Made by a program: the position numbers and the translations under genes
Shown here: piece after piece, positions 49,266 through 63,992 of the stretch
Layout of the letters: every line of letters begins with the position of its first letter
Position numbering within the stretch: the first letter of the stretch is position 1
Assembly (NCBI GenBank): GCA_033442325.1
Contig: JAWQFM010000020.1
Location: 842,819-906,818, forward strand
Direction: 5' to 3'
Length of the DNA stretch: 64,000 bases
Origin: Salpingoeca rosetta
Lineage: Eukaryota; Protista; Choanoflagellata
The notes under the pieces: model-generated
Databases searched by the model: none
The model's input: the letters and a program-made list of their open reading frames with translations, nothing else
Told to the model about the DNA's origin: nothing

Positions 49266-49772
49266 CGTGCGATTTATGGTGTCGGGCAATCAAACTGGGG
49301 CGCTCAGGGTTTCGAGTGACTTGGTGACACGGTGGTCGCAGGCACATGACACTCGCATCGCAGAAGCATAAACTATCAACGCAATGGGAGGGGCAAGCAG
49401 TCAAAGGTCAAAGAGTCAAGAAGGGAGTCAAAGAGAGCAAGAGAATGCAAAGCAACTACAACAGGACGGCAAGACGGCAGGAATGGCCACATTCATCATG
49501 CTCACAACACACACAAACACACACATGATGGTGAGACAGAAGAAGGCACACACGCAAAGACGGAATATGACTATGCCACAAGCTGTGACAGAGCGTTAAG
49601 TGAATGAATGGCACGTAAGGTGATGATCGAAAAGGACGCAGGCAAGGTGATGAGAATACACAAAAGAGCACTCCCACCACACAACACGGTAACAGAAATT
49701 CGGTGCAGCACACAAAACACAGTGCCAGGGAGACAGGTTCTTGGCTCCAGGGCGGCCGATGCTGTTCTGCTG

Positions 49773-51727
49773 TTAGACAATGGCTGTGATGCCGAAGATG
49801 TCTGTGCCGCCGCCAGACCAGTGGAAGCTCACAGCCATGAGTTCCTTCGACGAAGAGTTGGGCACAGCATACAGGCGGTACCATTGGTCACAACAACCAT
49901 AGTTGCCTGCAAGCAACCAAGCAAGCAACGGCAAAACCGGGCCAGCGCAAGATGAGGGTGGTTGTCAACATGTCAACGGGAGGGTAGAAAGGCGGAGACA
50001 ACGAGGCATACGGCCATGACAACCACACCCTTGAAGGGACAACTGGAGCCACCCCTCAGTGACATGCATGCAGTTGCCACTGAGAAGCAACTTAACATGA
50101 CGTGACTGCTACCCTCATTACACAAGCACGAACACAGTACAGAGACAACTCAACAGGCAAGCAAGATGCTCAGAAGCGTCGGCTGACCGTAGCCGCCGAG
50201 GTGGGTGATGGAGAGCCCGCTGGCGCCTGATGCGCCCGCTTGGCAGTCCCAGGCGATGCTGCCTGTTCCCGTCTGGTACGTGTTGCCGTCTGTGTAGTAG
50301 AACCTCACGTAGAAGCTGAAGCCGGTGCCACGGCCGCCAGACACGAGAAAGTGCATCTGCTGCACGGGTTTTGACGGGACAAGCTTCACCTGGGCACCGT
50401 TTGGCACCACAGCAAATCGGTTGTTGCTCTGCTTGAAAGGGCCCGTGATGAATGTGATGCCGCCACTGGAGTATGCGTTGCCGCCTACAAAGTACGAAGG
50501 GCAGGAGCTGCTGGTGAAGGGGCCCTCCTCCTCCTTTGGCAGGCGGTACTGGTTCCCGTCCAGGACCCAAGGCCTGAACTGGCTGCACTCGGGCGGTGTG
50601 CCACGCCACTGGCCATCGGCACCGCACGTGAGGGAGCTGTCACCGCCCACGAGGAACGGACAGCTTGTAACGTGGCAGCTGGAGCCGTAGGTGTGCGCGT
50701 CACACTGGTACGTGACGCCGTGCGGGTTGGGCGGCGCGCCGCAGTCCACAATCTCGCAGTCGAGATCAGGCACGGAGAACGAGCGGTCAGCCTGGCACAC
50801 GGCGATTGCAGAGTTGGGAGAGGCCTCATAGCCAAGGGAACACTGCACGAGGCAACCGACGCCACCAAAGATGGTACCACACGAGGTCTCCACCACCTCA
50901 GAGTGGGAGCTGGCAATTGCCATTTCCAGCAGGTCCTTGTTGCAGGCGATTGTTTTGGCCGGCACGCACTCGTCCTCGCTTGCGTCGTATAGGTTGCGCC
51001 CCTCTGCACAGGCCAGCACCCCGGGAAGGTACATGATATCCCTCTCAATGTCGTCGACGCGGGATGAGGCGGCCGTCTGGTTGCGTTCGGCAGCGGTGAC
51101 GCGATGCTCCACGGCGTCCAGTGCGTCTCCGAGCTCACCGGCCGTCACGGCATTGTCCTCAACCTCGCCTTCCAGGGCTTCCAGCTTTTGGTCGTGCGTG
51201 CCAACGAGGTCCTGTGTAGTGGAGAGCTGCTCGGCCAGGCCTGAGGTGCGCGATGTCGTTGCGTTGTCCAGTTCTGTGACGCGTGCGTTCACGCGGTCGA
51301 TGCGGGTGTTTGTGCTTGCCCGCAGAGTTGCAACTTCATCTCGTAGCCTTTGCAGCTCCGCCAGCACCTCGAGCGGGTCAAAGTCAATCCCACCATCGAG
51401 CCGGATGAGAAACCGCCCGTCCTCCACCACAATCTTTGGACGAAACACGGGCTCCGTTGTTGTCGTTGTTGTTGTAGTTGTAGTAGTAGTAGTTGTTGTT
51501 GTTGTTGTTGTTGTTGTAGTAGTGGTCGTAGTAGTTGTTGTTGTTGTTGAGATGGTGGTGGCCGTCGTTGCGTTCATGCCTGCATTTGTTGTTGTTGTGC
51601 CTGCAGTTGCTGTTGTGCCTGCAGTTGTTGTGCTGGCAGCCAGGGCACTCGGGGGGCTCACTGCCAGCAGAAGCACAGCAGCCAGCGTTGCCGTCGCTGC
51701 CGCAACCAAAACGCCATTTCCTTGCAT
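49773..51727 (-). CDS. Secreted protein: signal peptide, poly-Thr mucin stalk, coiled coil, Sushi/CCP-like domains, C-terminal beta-rich domain (exons 51727-50188, 49906-49773; 557 aa)
   Basis: MQGNGVLVAAATATLAAVLLLAVSPPSALA signal and a T-run. Heptad region LAELQRLRDEVATLR... Sushi-like DCGAPP...C...TYGSSC...LVGGDSSLTCGADGQWRGTPPEC. A phase-1 intron joins to GNYGCCDQWY...IFGITAIV*. Confidence 0.8.
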
Positions 51728-51941
51728 CTTGACCTGCTTGGCGCTTGCTTGTATCCGTGGGGTGGTGGGAAAACAAAACAAACAAAGAAAGGCAAAATTA
51801 CGGCTGCGCTGTTTTGCTTGCTTGCAAGCAATGTCGATCTTTATTGGGCAACATCAACAAACTTCGATAAGTGGGAAGGACAGCGAAAAAGGATGCAAAG
51901 GACAGCAACGCACGTTGTTGCGCCTTGGCTGGGTGGAACGA

Positions 51942-52401
51942 CTAGGCCTCTGACGCGGCTGTGGTGTTGTCAGTGACGACTTCGGTTGACGCATCCAGTG
52001 TTGTCAAGCCAAGCTTCACATGGATTCGACGCACTTGAGGGTGGTCCGCGTCATACGTCTGCGTGCGTGCGTGTGTGCGTGTGTGCGTGTGTGTGTTTTT
52101 GAGTGAGAAACCAGGGGGCGGTTGAGCAGACGTGCATGTTCGTACACGCTCGTGCGGTGTGTGTGTGTGTGTCTATGTGGGCAGACGCTAAGATGCACAG
52201 CTGCAAGGGCACAGGACTCACGTGTCTGTACAAATCGATGCATTCGGCATACATCTCCCGCGCTTGGTCGCGGTCGCCTTTGGCCAACGCAAGATCGCCA
52301 GCTGTGCAGCAAGCAAACAAACCAACAACAACACGTGAAGCGGTGAGGAACACGGAAGGATGGCAGAAGAGATCAGGACAAATGCGGGCCAGGCAGCACG
52401 G

Positions 52402-52434
<33 letters not shown>

Positions 52435-52595
52435 TAGGGGCAAGCAAGCGAATAAACGAACAGCGACACACACACACACGCACGCACGCGCGCACACACC
52501 GGCCTCTGCGTAGTCTGCGTTTCTTGGATCCAGAGGATCAGAACTGCAGAGCGCTTTGCTCTTCTCCAAGTAACTCTCCGCCTACAATGGCCACG

Positions 52596-52646
<51 letters not shown>

Positions 52647-52925
52647 GTCTTGGGTGAGCGACAACACACAAGCGAAGACACTGCGATTGTGTGACCATCT
52701 CCCGCTTGCGTTCTGCACCACCACCACCACCACCACCACCACCAGACTACTCATCACAGCGCACATGTACGCACGAACGGTACCTCTTCAAAGTGCTTGA
52801 GAGCAGTGCACGCGCGGGCAACGTCGGCATATGTCATGCAGAGCATGGACTTGTTGCCCGAGCTCTCCCGCACATGCAGCACACGAAGGAACATGTCCTT
52901 GGCCTGTTGACACCACAAGTCATAG

Positions 52926-52994
<69 letters not shown>

Positions 52995-53307
52995 TGAAGG
53001 CATTTCGGTGATCAGACGGTTGATGAGTGCGAGAACCAGTGCGTTCCTGTGTCTTACTGACACAGGCATTTGCATGCATGACTGCATGTGCAGGCAATTG
53101 GTTGGAGCACGTCCGACCCACCTGCTGTGGCTGCTTTGTCTTGAGCAAGACGTGTGCGCGCATGGACATGGCAGACGCCGTGCTCTGATGTGTTGGGCCG
53201 AGGAGGCGAAGGCGGATTTCTATCAACCCAACAGGTACCACGTAGTGAGCACCACAAGGTCGGTTGATGGAGGAAGATGCGTGTCACTGCTTGCAGGGTC
53301 AGCTCCG

Positions 53308-53382
<75 letters not shown>

Positions 53383-55580
53383 CACACACACACACACACA
53401 CGCATGCACACTGTACCAAGGCAGTCCTGGATGTGCTCTTGTGCGAGGCCGTAGCGCTCTTGCCTGAACGCGACCAGCCCAAGGTTGAACAGCGCCACAC
53501 TCAACGGCACAGAGGGACCTGGTGAAATAAAGGTGGGTGTAATCGCGTGTATGGGTGCGCAGGTGAGTGTCGGCGGAACAGTGAAGCAAAGAAAAAAAGA
53601 AGCGAAGAACCGTGTCACCACACCACTGCACGGTATCAACAACACAAGCGAACAGCACCACCATGAACAACAACAACAAGAACAAGAACTTAAACAACAA
53701 CTTAAACAACAACGCCGTCACCACGACTGCACGCACCAAAGTACTTTCGTCTGCGGTCCACCACCATCTTGTAGAGGTCGTATGCTTTTGGATAGTTGCC
53801 CATCACCGAGTGCACGCTCGCAACGTTGTTCATAATCTGCATAATCGATACATTGTCCTCGTTGGGGTTGATTTTCTGAACACACGCAAGCACGCAAGCG
53901 AGTGCGCAGCAGAGTGAGCACATGAGCAAGGGCGAAGCGGAAACAGCAAAGAAGATGATGAGTGGTGCTGGCTTGGGCCAACAAACAACGCAGCACACAT
54001 GTATCTGATCCAAAGAGCACAACCACTGCAGGGGAACGCCACGCACACACACACAGTTACACACGTGCACACACACACACACACACACACGCACACATTT
54101 CCTCCACACACCTTCTGCAACTCCAGCGCCTGGTTGTATGTTTCGAGTGCCTGTTCATATCTGCCCTCGCGCTTGTGGATGATGGCAATGTTGTTGTACG
54201 ACGCAGCAATGGCTGCACAAGCCACGACAACGACGACGAGGGCAGTGCATGCAAGATGAGACGACGGACGCACGCGTGGAAAATTGGCATGAGCACACAG
54301 AACGAAACATGCAGCAACGCACATACACACACGCACACAAGCAAACACGCACACACCTTTGCCCAGATCCTTTGTTTTGCCGAGTTTCAGGCGCATTTCA
54401 AGCGATTCCTCAAATCGCTCCAGTGCCAACGCACGGTCGCCAAGCTCAAGCGCACACATGCCTGCAGGCAACAACAAGCAAACAGCGCACACAAGTGTTA
54501 CACAACGTGCGCACACACACATGCGCATGCAGGCAAAACACACGCAATTATATGCCCCTCCCCTCTCTGTCTCTGTCTCTGCCTCTGCCCCTGTCTCTGT
54601 CTCAGTCTCAGTCCCTCTCTTTCTCGCTCCCTCCCACCCCCTCTCTCTTACACACATGCATACGCACCCTGGAAGTTGATTGTCATTGCAGTGTCGTCGT
54701 GCTCGCCCAAGTGCTTCCGCCTCCACTCGCCGCACGGCTCCTGGCAGCAACAGCAATCGCAGCAGGGCAAGTCGAGGTCAGCACGTGTCGCACGCATGCT
54801 TGCAGGCAAACTGCAAACGCCCAGCGCTGCGCAAAGAATCGTCTCAACACAAGGGCACGCAGGTATGCACATGTGCGTGTGCGCATGAGTGCGTGTGTTC
54901 GTTGCAGGAAACCTACGAGGACGTTGAGTGCGTGCTGGTAGTGCCCGGCGCAGTAGAGGTAGCCGGCCAGCCCAACGTGCAGGAATCGCGCCTTACCCTC
55001 GTCAAGCTGCAGGCACAACCCACGGGCACCAGCGTAAGATCAATGAAGTGATGAATCACGTATGCATCCGAGCCCAAACGCAACATGCGGTGACACAAAC
55101 ACCCATCGAACCAGGCCAGTGTATCCCAGCCATGTACGACACGCATGTGCCACACGGGCGTGTACGCACGTGTTCTGCGTCGAGCAAGTTTGCAAAGCCG
55201 CTGACAATGTCCTCTGGGGAGTCGCCGAGAAAGCGCCAGTACGCAGCGAGATCGTAGTTGACGTCTTGGTACAGGTAGTCCTGCAGGAACTGCACACGCC
55301 GCAACGCAGTGGAGTCGGTGGGTGGGTGTAACAGCAATCACGTGCAATGCACGAAAAGGAAGCAGCACGGCACGCCGTGACAAGGCAACAATCACACACA
55401 ATCAGCGTACCATGAAGATGTGTGTGATGTTGAGTGTTTCCCTGAGGGCGTCGTGGTCACCAGCCTGCATGAAGAGCCAAGGGATGACGTCTGCAAACCG
55501 TTCCAGCTCCGGTGGAGGGCCGGGCTGCCCAGATCGCTCCCGCTCCACAATCCGCTCGCGAAGATGCTCCTGCGCACAAG

Positions 55581-55641
<61 letters not shown>

Positions 55642-58600
55642 ACACACACAATTGATGACAATGACAATGGAGGCGATGGCAAGATCGTAAGTTGGTGGAG
55701 TGAGGATGCGCTAAGTAACAGCAACTGCAGTGAGGAGGCAGAAAGGTGCAAGCGCGGCCAACGTACAAGCAGCACGGCGCCTGCTGCCTGCTGGAGGGAG
55801 CGCTTGTGTGCGGCGTCGCTCAGGTAGCGCAGATCGGCCGCTTGGTGGTACTGGTGGTGCGCCCTGGAGAGGGGGAGGCGGAGGGGGAGGGGGCGTGAAA
55901 GGGGACGCGGGGTTGAGTGGAAGTGTGGTCGGTTGTGCATGTACAGATAGGAAGCAGTTGAACACAGACGCAGGCACACAGGAAGACGTAGGCAGCAGCT
56001 ATGCACATAGGCACAAGCAAAAAGAAGCACAGACACAGTTCTCTGTCTGTCTGCCTGTCTGTCTGTCTCTCACTCACTCACACATGAGCACAAACAAAGA
56101 CACCACCAAAAGCCCGCACCATGTGATGGATTCGTCTGTGCCGACGTTGAGCTGTGCACCAAGCGCGCTCTTGAGCATGAAGATGAGGTGTTGGGGCAGC
56201 GTGCCGTCGGGCGGGAGGTGGTGGCGCGAGATGGATGCCATCACCTCGTGGTCCGCAGACAGGATCAGGCACAGCTCGTCAGCGTTGAGCCCGTTGCGCG
56301 AACACGTCAGATACCTGGTGGAGGAGGGGGATGGTGTTGGTGGCGTGCGTGTGAGGTGGAGGAGCAAGTCAACGCATGCAAGCGAGTCTAATGCACATGA
56401 ACTCAAAAACAGTGACGGTGTCGTGCAGCAACAGCACGCGCACATGCAACCTGTGCGCATATGGCAACGCGCCATCGTGCGAACACGCTGGAGCATGATG
56501 CAACACGCACGTAACAAGCAAGAAGGCAGCAGCAGCAGCAGCAGCAAATGAAACAGCAGCAAACATGACAACAACTGCATCAGCGATTAACGACACGGCG
56601 CACCCGAGTGTGCGGGAGACGAAGACTTGGCCGAGTTTGTCCTCGATGGACTGCAGACGGGCGTCCAAGATGGGCAGGATGGAGGTGGTCAGCTCCGGCA
56701 CGGCGTCGCTGGACCGCCACTCGCACGCCTGTTGGAAGAGGAAAGAAAGAAAGGGGGGGGGATAGAAGGAGAAGAGAGTGAGAGGCACACGAGTAACACA
56801 CTCTGGTTTGTCCGCCAGGGAACGACGGGGTAGTGACGGCAGCGCGTACACGCACAGGCACACGCACAGGCACACGCACAAGCAAGCACAAGCAAGCACA
56901 AACAAGCACATAAACCTACAGGCAAGAAATCGCAGCGCAGCAACGCAAAGCAAAGCAAAGCAAGGCAAGGCAAGGCAAGCAGGCAGGTTTGCGCACCGTG
57001 TCTGCGAGGAGATAGACCGCGAGTGGGAGCGGGCTCGCTGATGCGAGTGCACTGTGCACGGCGTCGTGTTGCTCTGCCGTCAGTTTGCGGTTGCGCTCCG
57101 AGAGAATGCGCTCAAACATCGCCTTGGACTCTGCCTCGTCCTATCGCACGTGGTAAGACAGTGCAGGCGAATGGGAATGAGAAGACACAAGCGGAAAATG
57201 TAAAGGTAGAGGCAAGGTGCGCGCAAACAAGTGCAGAGCAAGCAACACACATAGAGAAACAGGCAGCACTTGCCAATCAAGATCACATCATTGCACAACC
57301 CCAGCAGCGAACCCAACACCAACAACAAACCAACCAACCAACCAACCAACCAACCAATCAACAAACAAACAAACAAACAACAAACAAACAAACCACATCA
57401 CACCAACCCACCATGGGTCCGAGGGTGACAACGGCGTCGTCCTGCACGAGCTCCGACAGCTGCTCAAACGCGCGGTCGTGCTCGCGTGCGGAGACGATGA
57501 GGCGAACGTTGTCTGGGAGCACGGTGGGCAACCACGCGGCGAGGCCAACCCGCTCGTCCAGCCGGTTCTCGTCGTCCACGTACTCGTCAAGCGAGTCGAT
57601 GATCTGAAGCAAACGGCAGTGGGACACAGCGGGCGTGGGAGTGTATGTGTGAGGGTGTGTGTGTGTGTGTGTGTGAGGGGGAGGGGGAGCACACAGACAC
57701 ACAAACACACACAAACAGACACACACATACACACACCAGCACGATGCGTTTGTCGAGTTTTGCGAGGTTTGCGAGGTGTTGTGGCAGCACGGAGATGATG
57801 GCCCTAAAGTCCGTGGGAATCGTCTCGCTGTCCATTTCAGGGTGCACCAAATACAAAAACTGCTGAGTCAGCAGCCGAAGCGTGTGCGTCAGCGACGCGG
57901 CTGCGACAACAGTCAAAGCAAAGAAATGAGCGTGAGTTAATTTGTGAGCGGGCGAGGATGAGAGAGTGTGTGTGTGCGTGTGTGCGTGTGTGCGGGCGTG
58001 TGTGTGACTTGGGTAAAGAGCTTTTCATGTTGAGCTGAACAAACAAACGGAGCATGGCAAAAGATGGGCTGGGAGTGAAAGGCTTTGATACCACAACGAC
58101 ATGCACACACAAACAGACACACACACACACACACACACAAACACACACATACACATGTTCACACACCCTTTGCCGTGAATCCTGCGAATCGGGCAATGAC
58201 GGCGGTTGCGTCGTCCTTGGCGAGCTCCGTCACGACCTGTGCCAGCACCGTCGACTTGCCCGACCCCGAGGGCCCCGTCACCACCAGTGGGCCGCTCGCT
58301 GTCGAGGCGTTGACATATGTCATCACCTGCGCCATCACGGCATCCCGCGACACGGCGTTGCCTGCAAGCTCCTGCGCATGCTGCACATGCTGTTGTGGTG
58401 GTGGTGATGATAATCGTGTGATGGTGGTGGTGATGATAGTCGTGTGATGGTGATGATAGTATGGAGAGGGTTGTGAAGGGCAGGGGGAGACGAAGGAGTG
58501 AGAAGATGAACGTGTGTGCATCTGGTTCACAAGGCCGGGGGCATGGCAGGTGGACATCAATGTTCGCACACGCACACACGCAGTGGATGCACTCACAGCA

Positions 58601-59472
58601 ACGGCTTCGCGGCACCATTCGGGGAGGGCGAGGCGAAGATCTGAGCGGAACGAGGCGCCGATGCGGTTGATGACAACGCGGGTCGTCTCAACGCACAGCT
58701 GTCATCATGTCAAACAGCACGGTGGAATGCTGACGTCAGCACGTTGGCTTTTCGGGCCACGACACTTGAGGCAACGTACATTCAGTCGAGGGCAAACACA
58801 GACATACACACCACACCACACCACACCACACCACACCACACCACACTCCACACAACACACGACACGACACGACACCACATCCCCACCACATGCTGGTGTG
58901 CGCACCTCTGTGAGGTAGTCGATGAAGGCGGTGTTGTCCTCGAGACCGTCCGGGATCCACTTCACCTTGAATGGCCGCCGCATCAGGCACGACTCGTCCA
59001 GCGTCTACACACATGCACACGCACGCACATGATTATGTGTCATGTGTAAGTGTATGCAGTGCGTGCGTGCGTGTGTGCGTGCGTGCGTGTGTGTGTGTGT
59101 GGTATTCCAGTGGTCAACAACCATCACAAGAACACCTGCATCGACCACTCACCGAGAGCGCCATTTCCTGTGCCGGCTTTGAAGAGATGCGTGTCGTGTT
59201 CACCTGTGAAAGGACACAAGGGGGGGGGGTGCGTTGGTGAAGACAGCAAAGAGAGAGCGTGTGTTTATGTGTTTATGTGTGTGTGTGTGTGTGTGCGTGC
59301 GAGCGTTTTTGAGGGGCACGTTGCCCGCAGCAGCAACTCAAGCACATGTGTCCAGTGCATGTGCTCGAGTGGCCACACCTCCTCGTCGTGTTCGAGGTCA
59401 AAGTAGACGTCTGCGTCGTCGTCCGAAGCCTCGCCTTCCACCAGTGAGCGCTGCAGCCACAGCACTTGCCTG

Positions 59473-59505
<33 letters not shown>

Positions 59506-59792
59506 CATGAGCATGCACGCACGTGAAAGGAAAGGTGCCAGGTGGATGTATTGGTCATTGTGCAATGGGTGGTGATTGGAGCCTGCTGCATCTATGAAAT
59601 GCAGACCATGAACACAGACAGCAGCCTGAGGTGCGTGTGCGCATGAGTGCATGTGCATGTGTTGTTGTGTTCTGTTGTCGGCCCACCTTGCAGGAGAGTG
59701 CGCGTGGTCGAGAGCGGTGATCACTTCCTCCTCCGTCGCCGTGCGCACCGCAATGTTGGCGCCAATCAGCGCATCCCGCAGCGCCTCAACAT

Positions 59793-59848
<56 letters not shown>

Positions 59849-60094
59849 TGAATGACTTGGTTGATACCCCGCTGACGACAATACAGTCGCAAGAGCGCAA
59901 ATAGCCCGCTAACCAAAACCAAACACACACGCACACTCGGGCACACGCACGCGCACTCACGTGTTGGATGCCCAGCTCATGGTGCAGGCGGTACACGGGC
60001 GGCTCCGTGTTCTCGTCGAGTCTGCAGCAATAAAGTACAGATACAGATAACCACGCGACATGTCAACACATCACCACCTCGAGATACGTAAAGT

Positions 60095-60148
<54 letters not shown>

Positions 60149-60171
60149 AGAAACGCGCGCACACACACGCA

Positions 60172-60203
<32 letters not shown>

Positions 60204-60797
60204 CATACACATACACCAACAGCCAGGTGATTGCACGTACGTGTATGCGGCCTGCACAAGGGGCTTCGCAGCATCGTTCTTGAGTGCAGCGGCCATCTGG
60301 GCGGCGGAGAGGGTGGCAGGCACCACCCGGTATCCAGACCGATCAGTCAGCAGCGCAATGAACGCCGTGGACGGCCGCTTGTTCCGCACGCACTCCTGCC
60401 ATGCATGATGCAAGGTGGTGGTGGTGGTGATGGTCGTGGAAGGTGAGACGGGGTGTGCATCATGTGTGAGAGAATGTGTGCATGCGCGTGAGCATGTGAG
60501 CATGTTCATGTGGGTATGCGTGAGCTTGACAGCGGGGAGCTGTGTGGGTGAGGCAAAGTACCTTGACTTGGGACATGCATGCTGTGATGGCGAGTTCGCT
60601 GCTGAGCTCGTGGTTTGCGCCCCAACGCCTGAACACACGCACGCATGTCAACAAATGCACACCGCCACAGTCAAAGAGGCAGTGAGAAACCAGGCAGCAC
60701 ACAATCACTCACAGCCATACATGCCAAAGACAAAACACCAACAACACCACCACCACCGCCATGCACTCCCCCCCCCACACACACGCACACACGTACA

Positions 60798-60843
<46 letters not shown>

Positions 60844-61448
60844 GATTCAACGCCACAGCAGCGACGCACATGTCAACAAGACTGAAAGTGATGTTGAAGA
60901 GGCGAGCCCACGACTTGATGACGGGCACAGCGTGGTTGAACAACACGTTGCGCTCGGCTGTTGTGTCGCGGAAGGTGGAGCTCAGAAACGCCTGGCACGA
61001 ATCTGGCAGGAACACGTGCTTCTCCGCATCAAACTGTGCGCACACATGAATAAGTATGAGCAGGATTGAGCGAGGGGATGCCAAAAGGTGTGCAAGTCAG
61101 TCAGTCAGTCAGGAAGCAAGCAAGCAATCACATCAACGAAGATGCGTGTCATCTCGCGCGCGCGCATGTGCGTGTATGTGTGTCANNNNNNNNNNNNNNN
61201 NNNNNNNNNNNNNNNNNNNNNNNNNNNNNNNNNNNNNNNNNNNNNNNNNNNNNNNNNNNNNNNNNNNNNNNNNNNNNNNNNNNNNGTATTTTTTGTGATT
61301 TTTTTTGTCGTTTCGGACCCTCCCCCGGTTCCTAGGGGGAGAATGAGTTGCGTCCACCCCAAACCGGTGGCCCCATCGCGCCCCCCGCTCTGGTATTCCC
61401 CCCTGGAGCATTTGCGTTTATGTGTGGGTGTGTGTGTGTGTGTGTGGT

Positions 61449-61537
<89 letters not shown>

Positions 61538-62801
61538 TGTGTGTGTCCGGTGAACATGGGGGGGGGGCGATTCCGGTGTTGAATGTAAACAGGGTGGTGT
61601 GCATGACCACACTCCAAATCAATGGAAAGCAACGAAGCAGGCAAGCAACGAGCAAGTGTGCATGCGTGTGTGGTTGTGTGTGTGTGTGCGCGCGCGTGCG
61701 CGTGCGCGTACGAACCAGCGTATCCCGCAGCCATGTCAGCGAGGCGCTGTACGAGGCATTTGATGTACAGCGCCCGCCCAGACGGCGTCACGTGCCGCTG
61801 CGGCCTGTCGCCAAGAGGGGGGGGGGGTGTGTGACATGATGTGATGTGTTGCGTGAATGGTATGTGCATTGGACACACGGGAGTCAAGTACCATAGCGTA
61901 CACGCATGTATATACGGTGTCACGGTTGACACAACACAACACACAGACACACACAGACACACAGACACACACTGTCTCTCGCACGCACACGCACACATGC
62001 ATGTGCACACACCTGGATGTAAAGTCAAACTGGTCTGGGGCAATGTGTTCAATGTACTCCTCATCTGCATCATCGCCAGCCGCGCTCGCGTCGCTGCCAT
62101 CATCCTCAAAGCTGAACGTCGACATCTGTGCACTCAGACCGTCCTCACTCATGCCAGCTGTCTGCACGGTGTCATCGCTGTCCTCGGCGGGGTCGTGTGG
62201 CGGCACCGGTTTGGCGGGGAACGACGTCACGCGCGGGCCAGACTTGACACGCTGCTCTCCACTACTGCTGGTGGCGGTGGCGGTGGTTGATGACGCTGGT
62301 GTTGTTGTTGTGGTTGTTGATGATGGTGTTGGTGTTGGTGTTGATGTGTCGTGAATACCGCCCATCGTCTCTTCTTCCTCGTCCTCCGACTCCTCGTGCA
62401 GGTCATCTGCACACGCATACACACATTCACACATACGCGCACATTCACACATACACACAAGTTGGACAGCGCCAGAGTGAGTGTTGCGTAGGAATCGATA
62501 ACACCAGTTCATACGCATGCGAGCGAGGGCACAGCAGTGCAGGACAATATGCGGATGTACGCGTGATGAAATGCACACAAGATGCATCATGTCACGCATT
62601 ATGTGACAGGATGGACACAGCGGCACAATCAGGTGATGAGCAACAGGCGACACTGCTCACCAGGCAGGTCGATGCCTTCTTTGTCCTCAGCCTACGTGAT
62701 GGTGATGCATTCCATGCACACGTGTGAGGCGGGAAACAGTGAGGAGGGTGTCAATCGTAAAGGTGGCAGCAACACACACACGCACACACACACACACGCA
62801 C

Positions 62802-62878
<77 letters not shown>

Positions 62879-63478
62879 GGCATGACGTACGGTGGCGAGG
62901 CGCTGCTGCTTGCTGCTGGCGCGCCGGGCAAGCTGCCCAGACTCGTGCACGTCTGCGAACGTCACAGCGCCGTTCACCGCCATCTGGAGTGCTGTCACCC
63001 ACTCTGCACAGTCCGCAGCAGACTCTGTTGCACACAAGGCAGCACAGCGCACGTGAGGGTTGGTGTGTTTGTTTGTTTGTGTGGTTGTGCGAGCGCATTC
63101 CTGTGTCGGTGACTCTCTGTGTGTGTGTGTGTGTGTGTGTGCACTTACCGCTTTCTGGCTGGAACACAAGCTTCTTCCCGTTCTTGAGAGTGACCTGCAA
63201 GACACGCGCGACAGCAATGACATACACGTGTGTGTGTGTGTGTCAGCAAGAGGAGGGTGCAAGGACGCGTGCCATCAAGTGACACGGGTAGGAGCAACAC
63301 GCTAATAGCAGGGGGACAAATGGCAAACCTGGAACGAGCGTGGCGGCTTGGCCAGGGGTACGATGCGTGCATCCTACACGAGACAAGCAGTGCAACGCAG
63401 TGACGATGAATCGAGTGGTGGTGGCAACAAGCAGCAGTGCGCTGCAAAGGGCGACGCGAAAGGGGGAAGGACAGGACG

Positions 63479-63513
<35 letters not shown>

Positions 63514-63922
63514 CACAACACAACACAACACAACACAACACAACACAACATACGCCAAACCTTGAGGTCATAGCTGGTGGCCAGAGTCTTGCCAGAGTAG
63601 GCTTCAAACTTGGAAGGCCTGATCTCTCCGGGCTTTCCAAACGTGTCCTGGCGAAGCACAAACCAGAAGATGCCCTAGAAGGCAGCGGACAAGGGTGCAT
63701 CGGCGATGCGCGTGTGCATTGCAGCAAGTGCAGTGTGTGTGTGTGTGTGTGTGTGTGCGTGCGTGTGAGCATGGACTTGTGTGTGCGTGTGCGCAAGTGT
63801 GTGCGCAGGTACGTGCACATGCGCAGGAGCTGCGTGCACCGTCACCGGGACACTGACCCTCACATAGCACCAGCCCGCGTTCAACGCATGCATGCACAGC
63901 TTGTCAGGCCAGCAGCACGCAG

Positions 63923-63992
<70 letters not shown>

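Noticed and set aside
50150-50187. ORF-track C-terminus QPTLLSILLAC as a GPI/TM signal
   Set aside because: It lies after a GT donor at 50187. A phase-compatible downstream exon (49906-49773) completes the domain.
49773-51727. Rosetteless-type C-type lectin
   Set aside because: It has a mucin stalk, but no C-type lectin motifs (WIGL, EPN/QPD, WND) are visible.
58728-58741. Palindrome TGCTGACGTCAGCA in a STAND-gene intron
   Set aside because: It is a single short intronic palindrome with no supporting context.
61286-61620. G/C-homopolymer-rich segment after the second gap as a foreign insert
   Set aside because: It is more consistent with low-quality read-end sequence at a contig edge.
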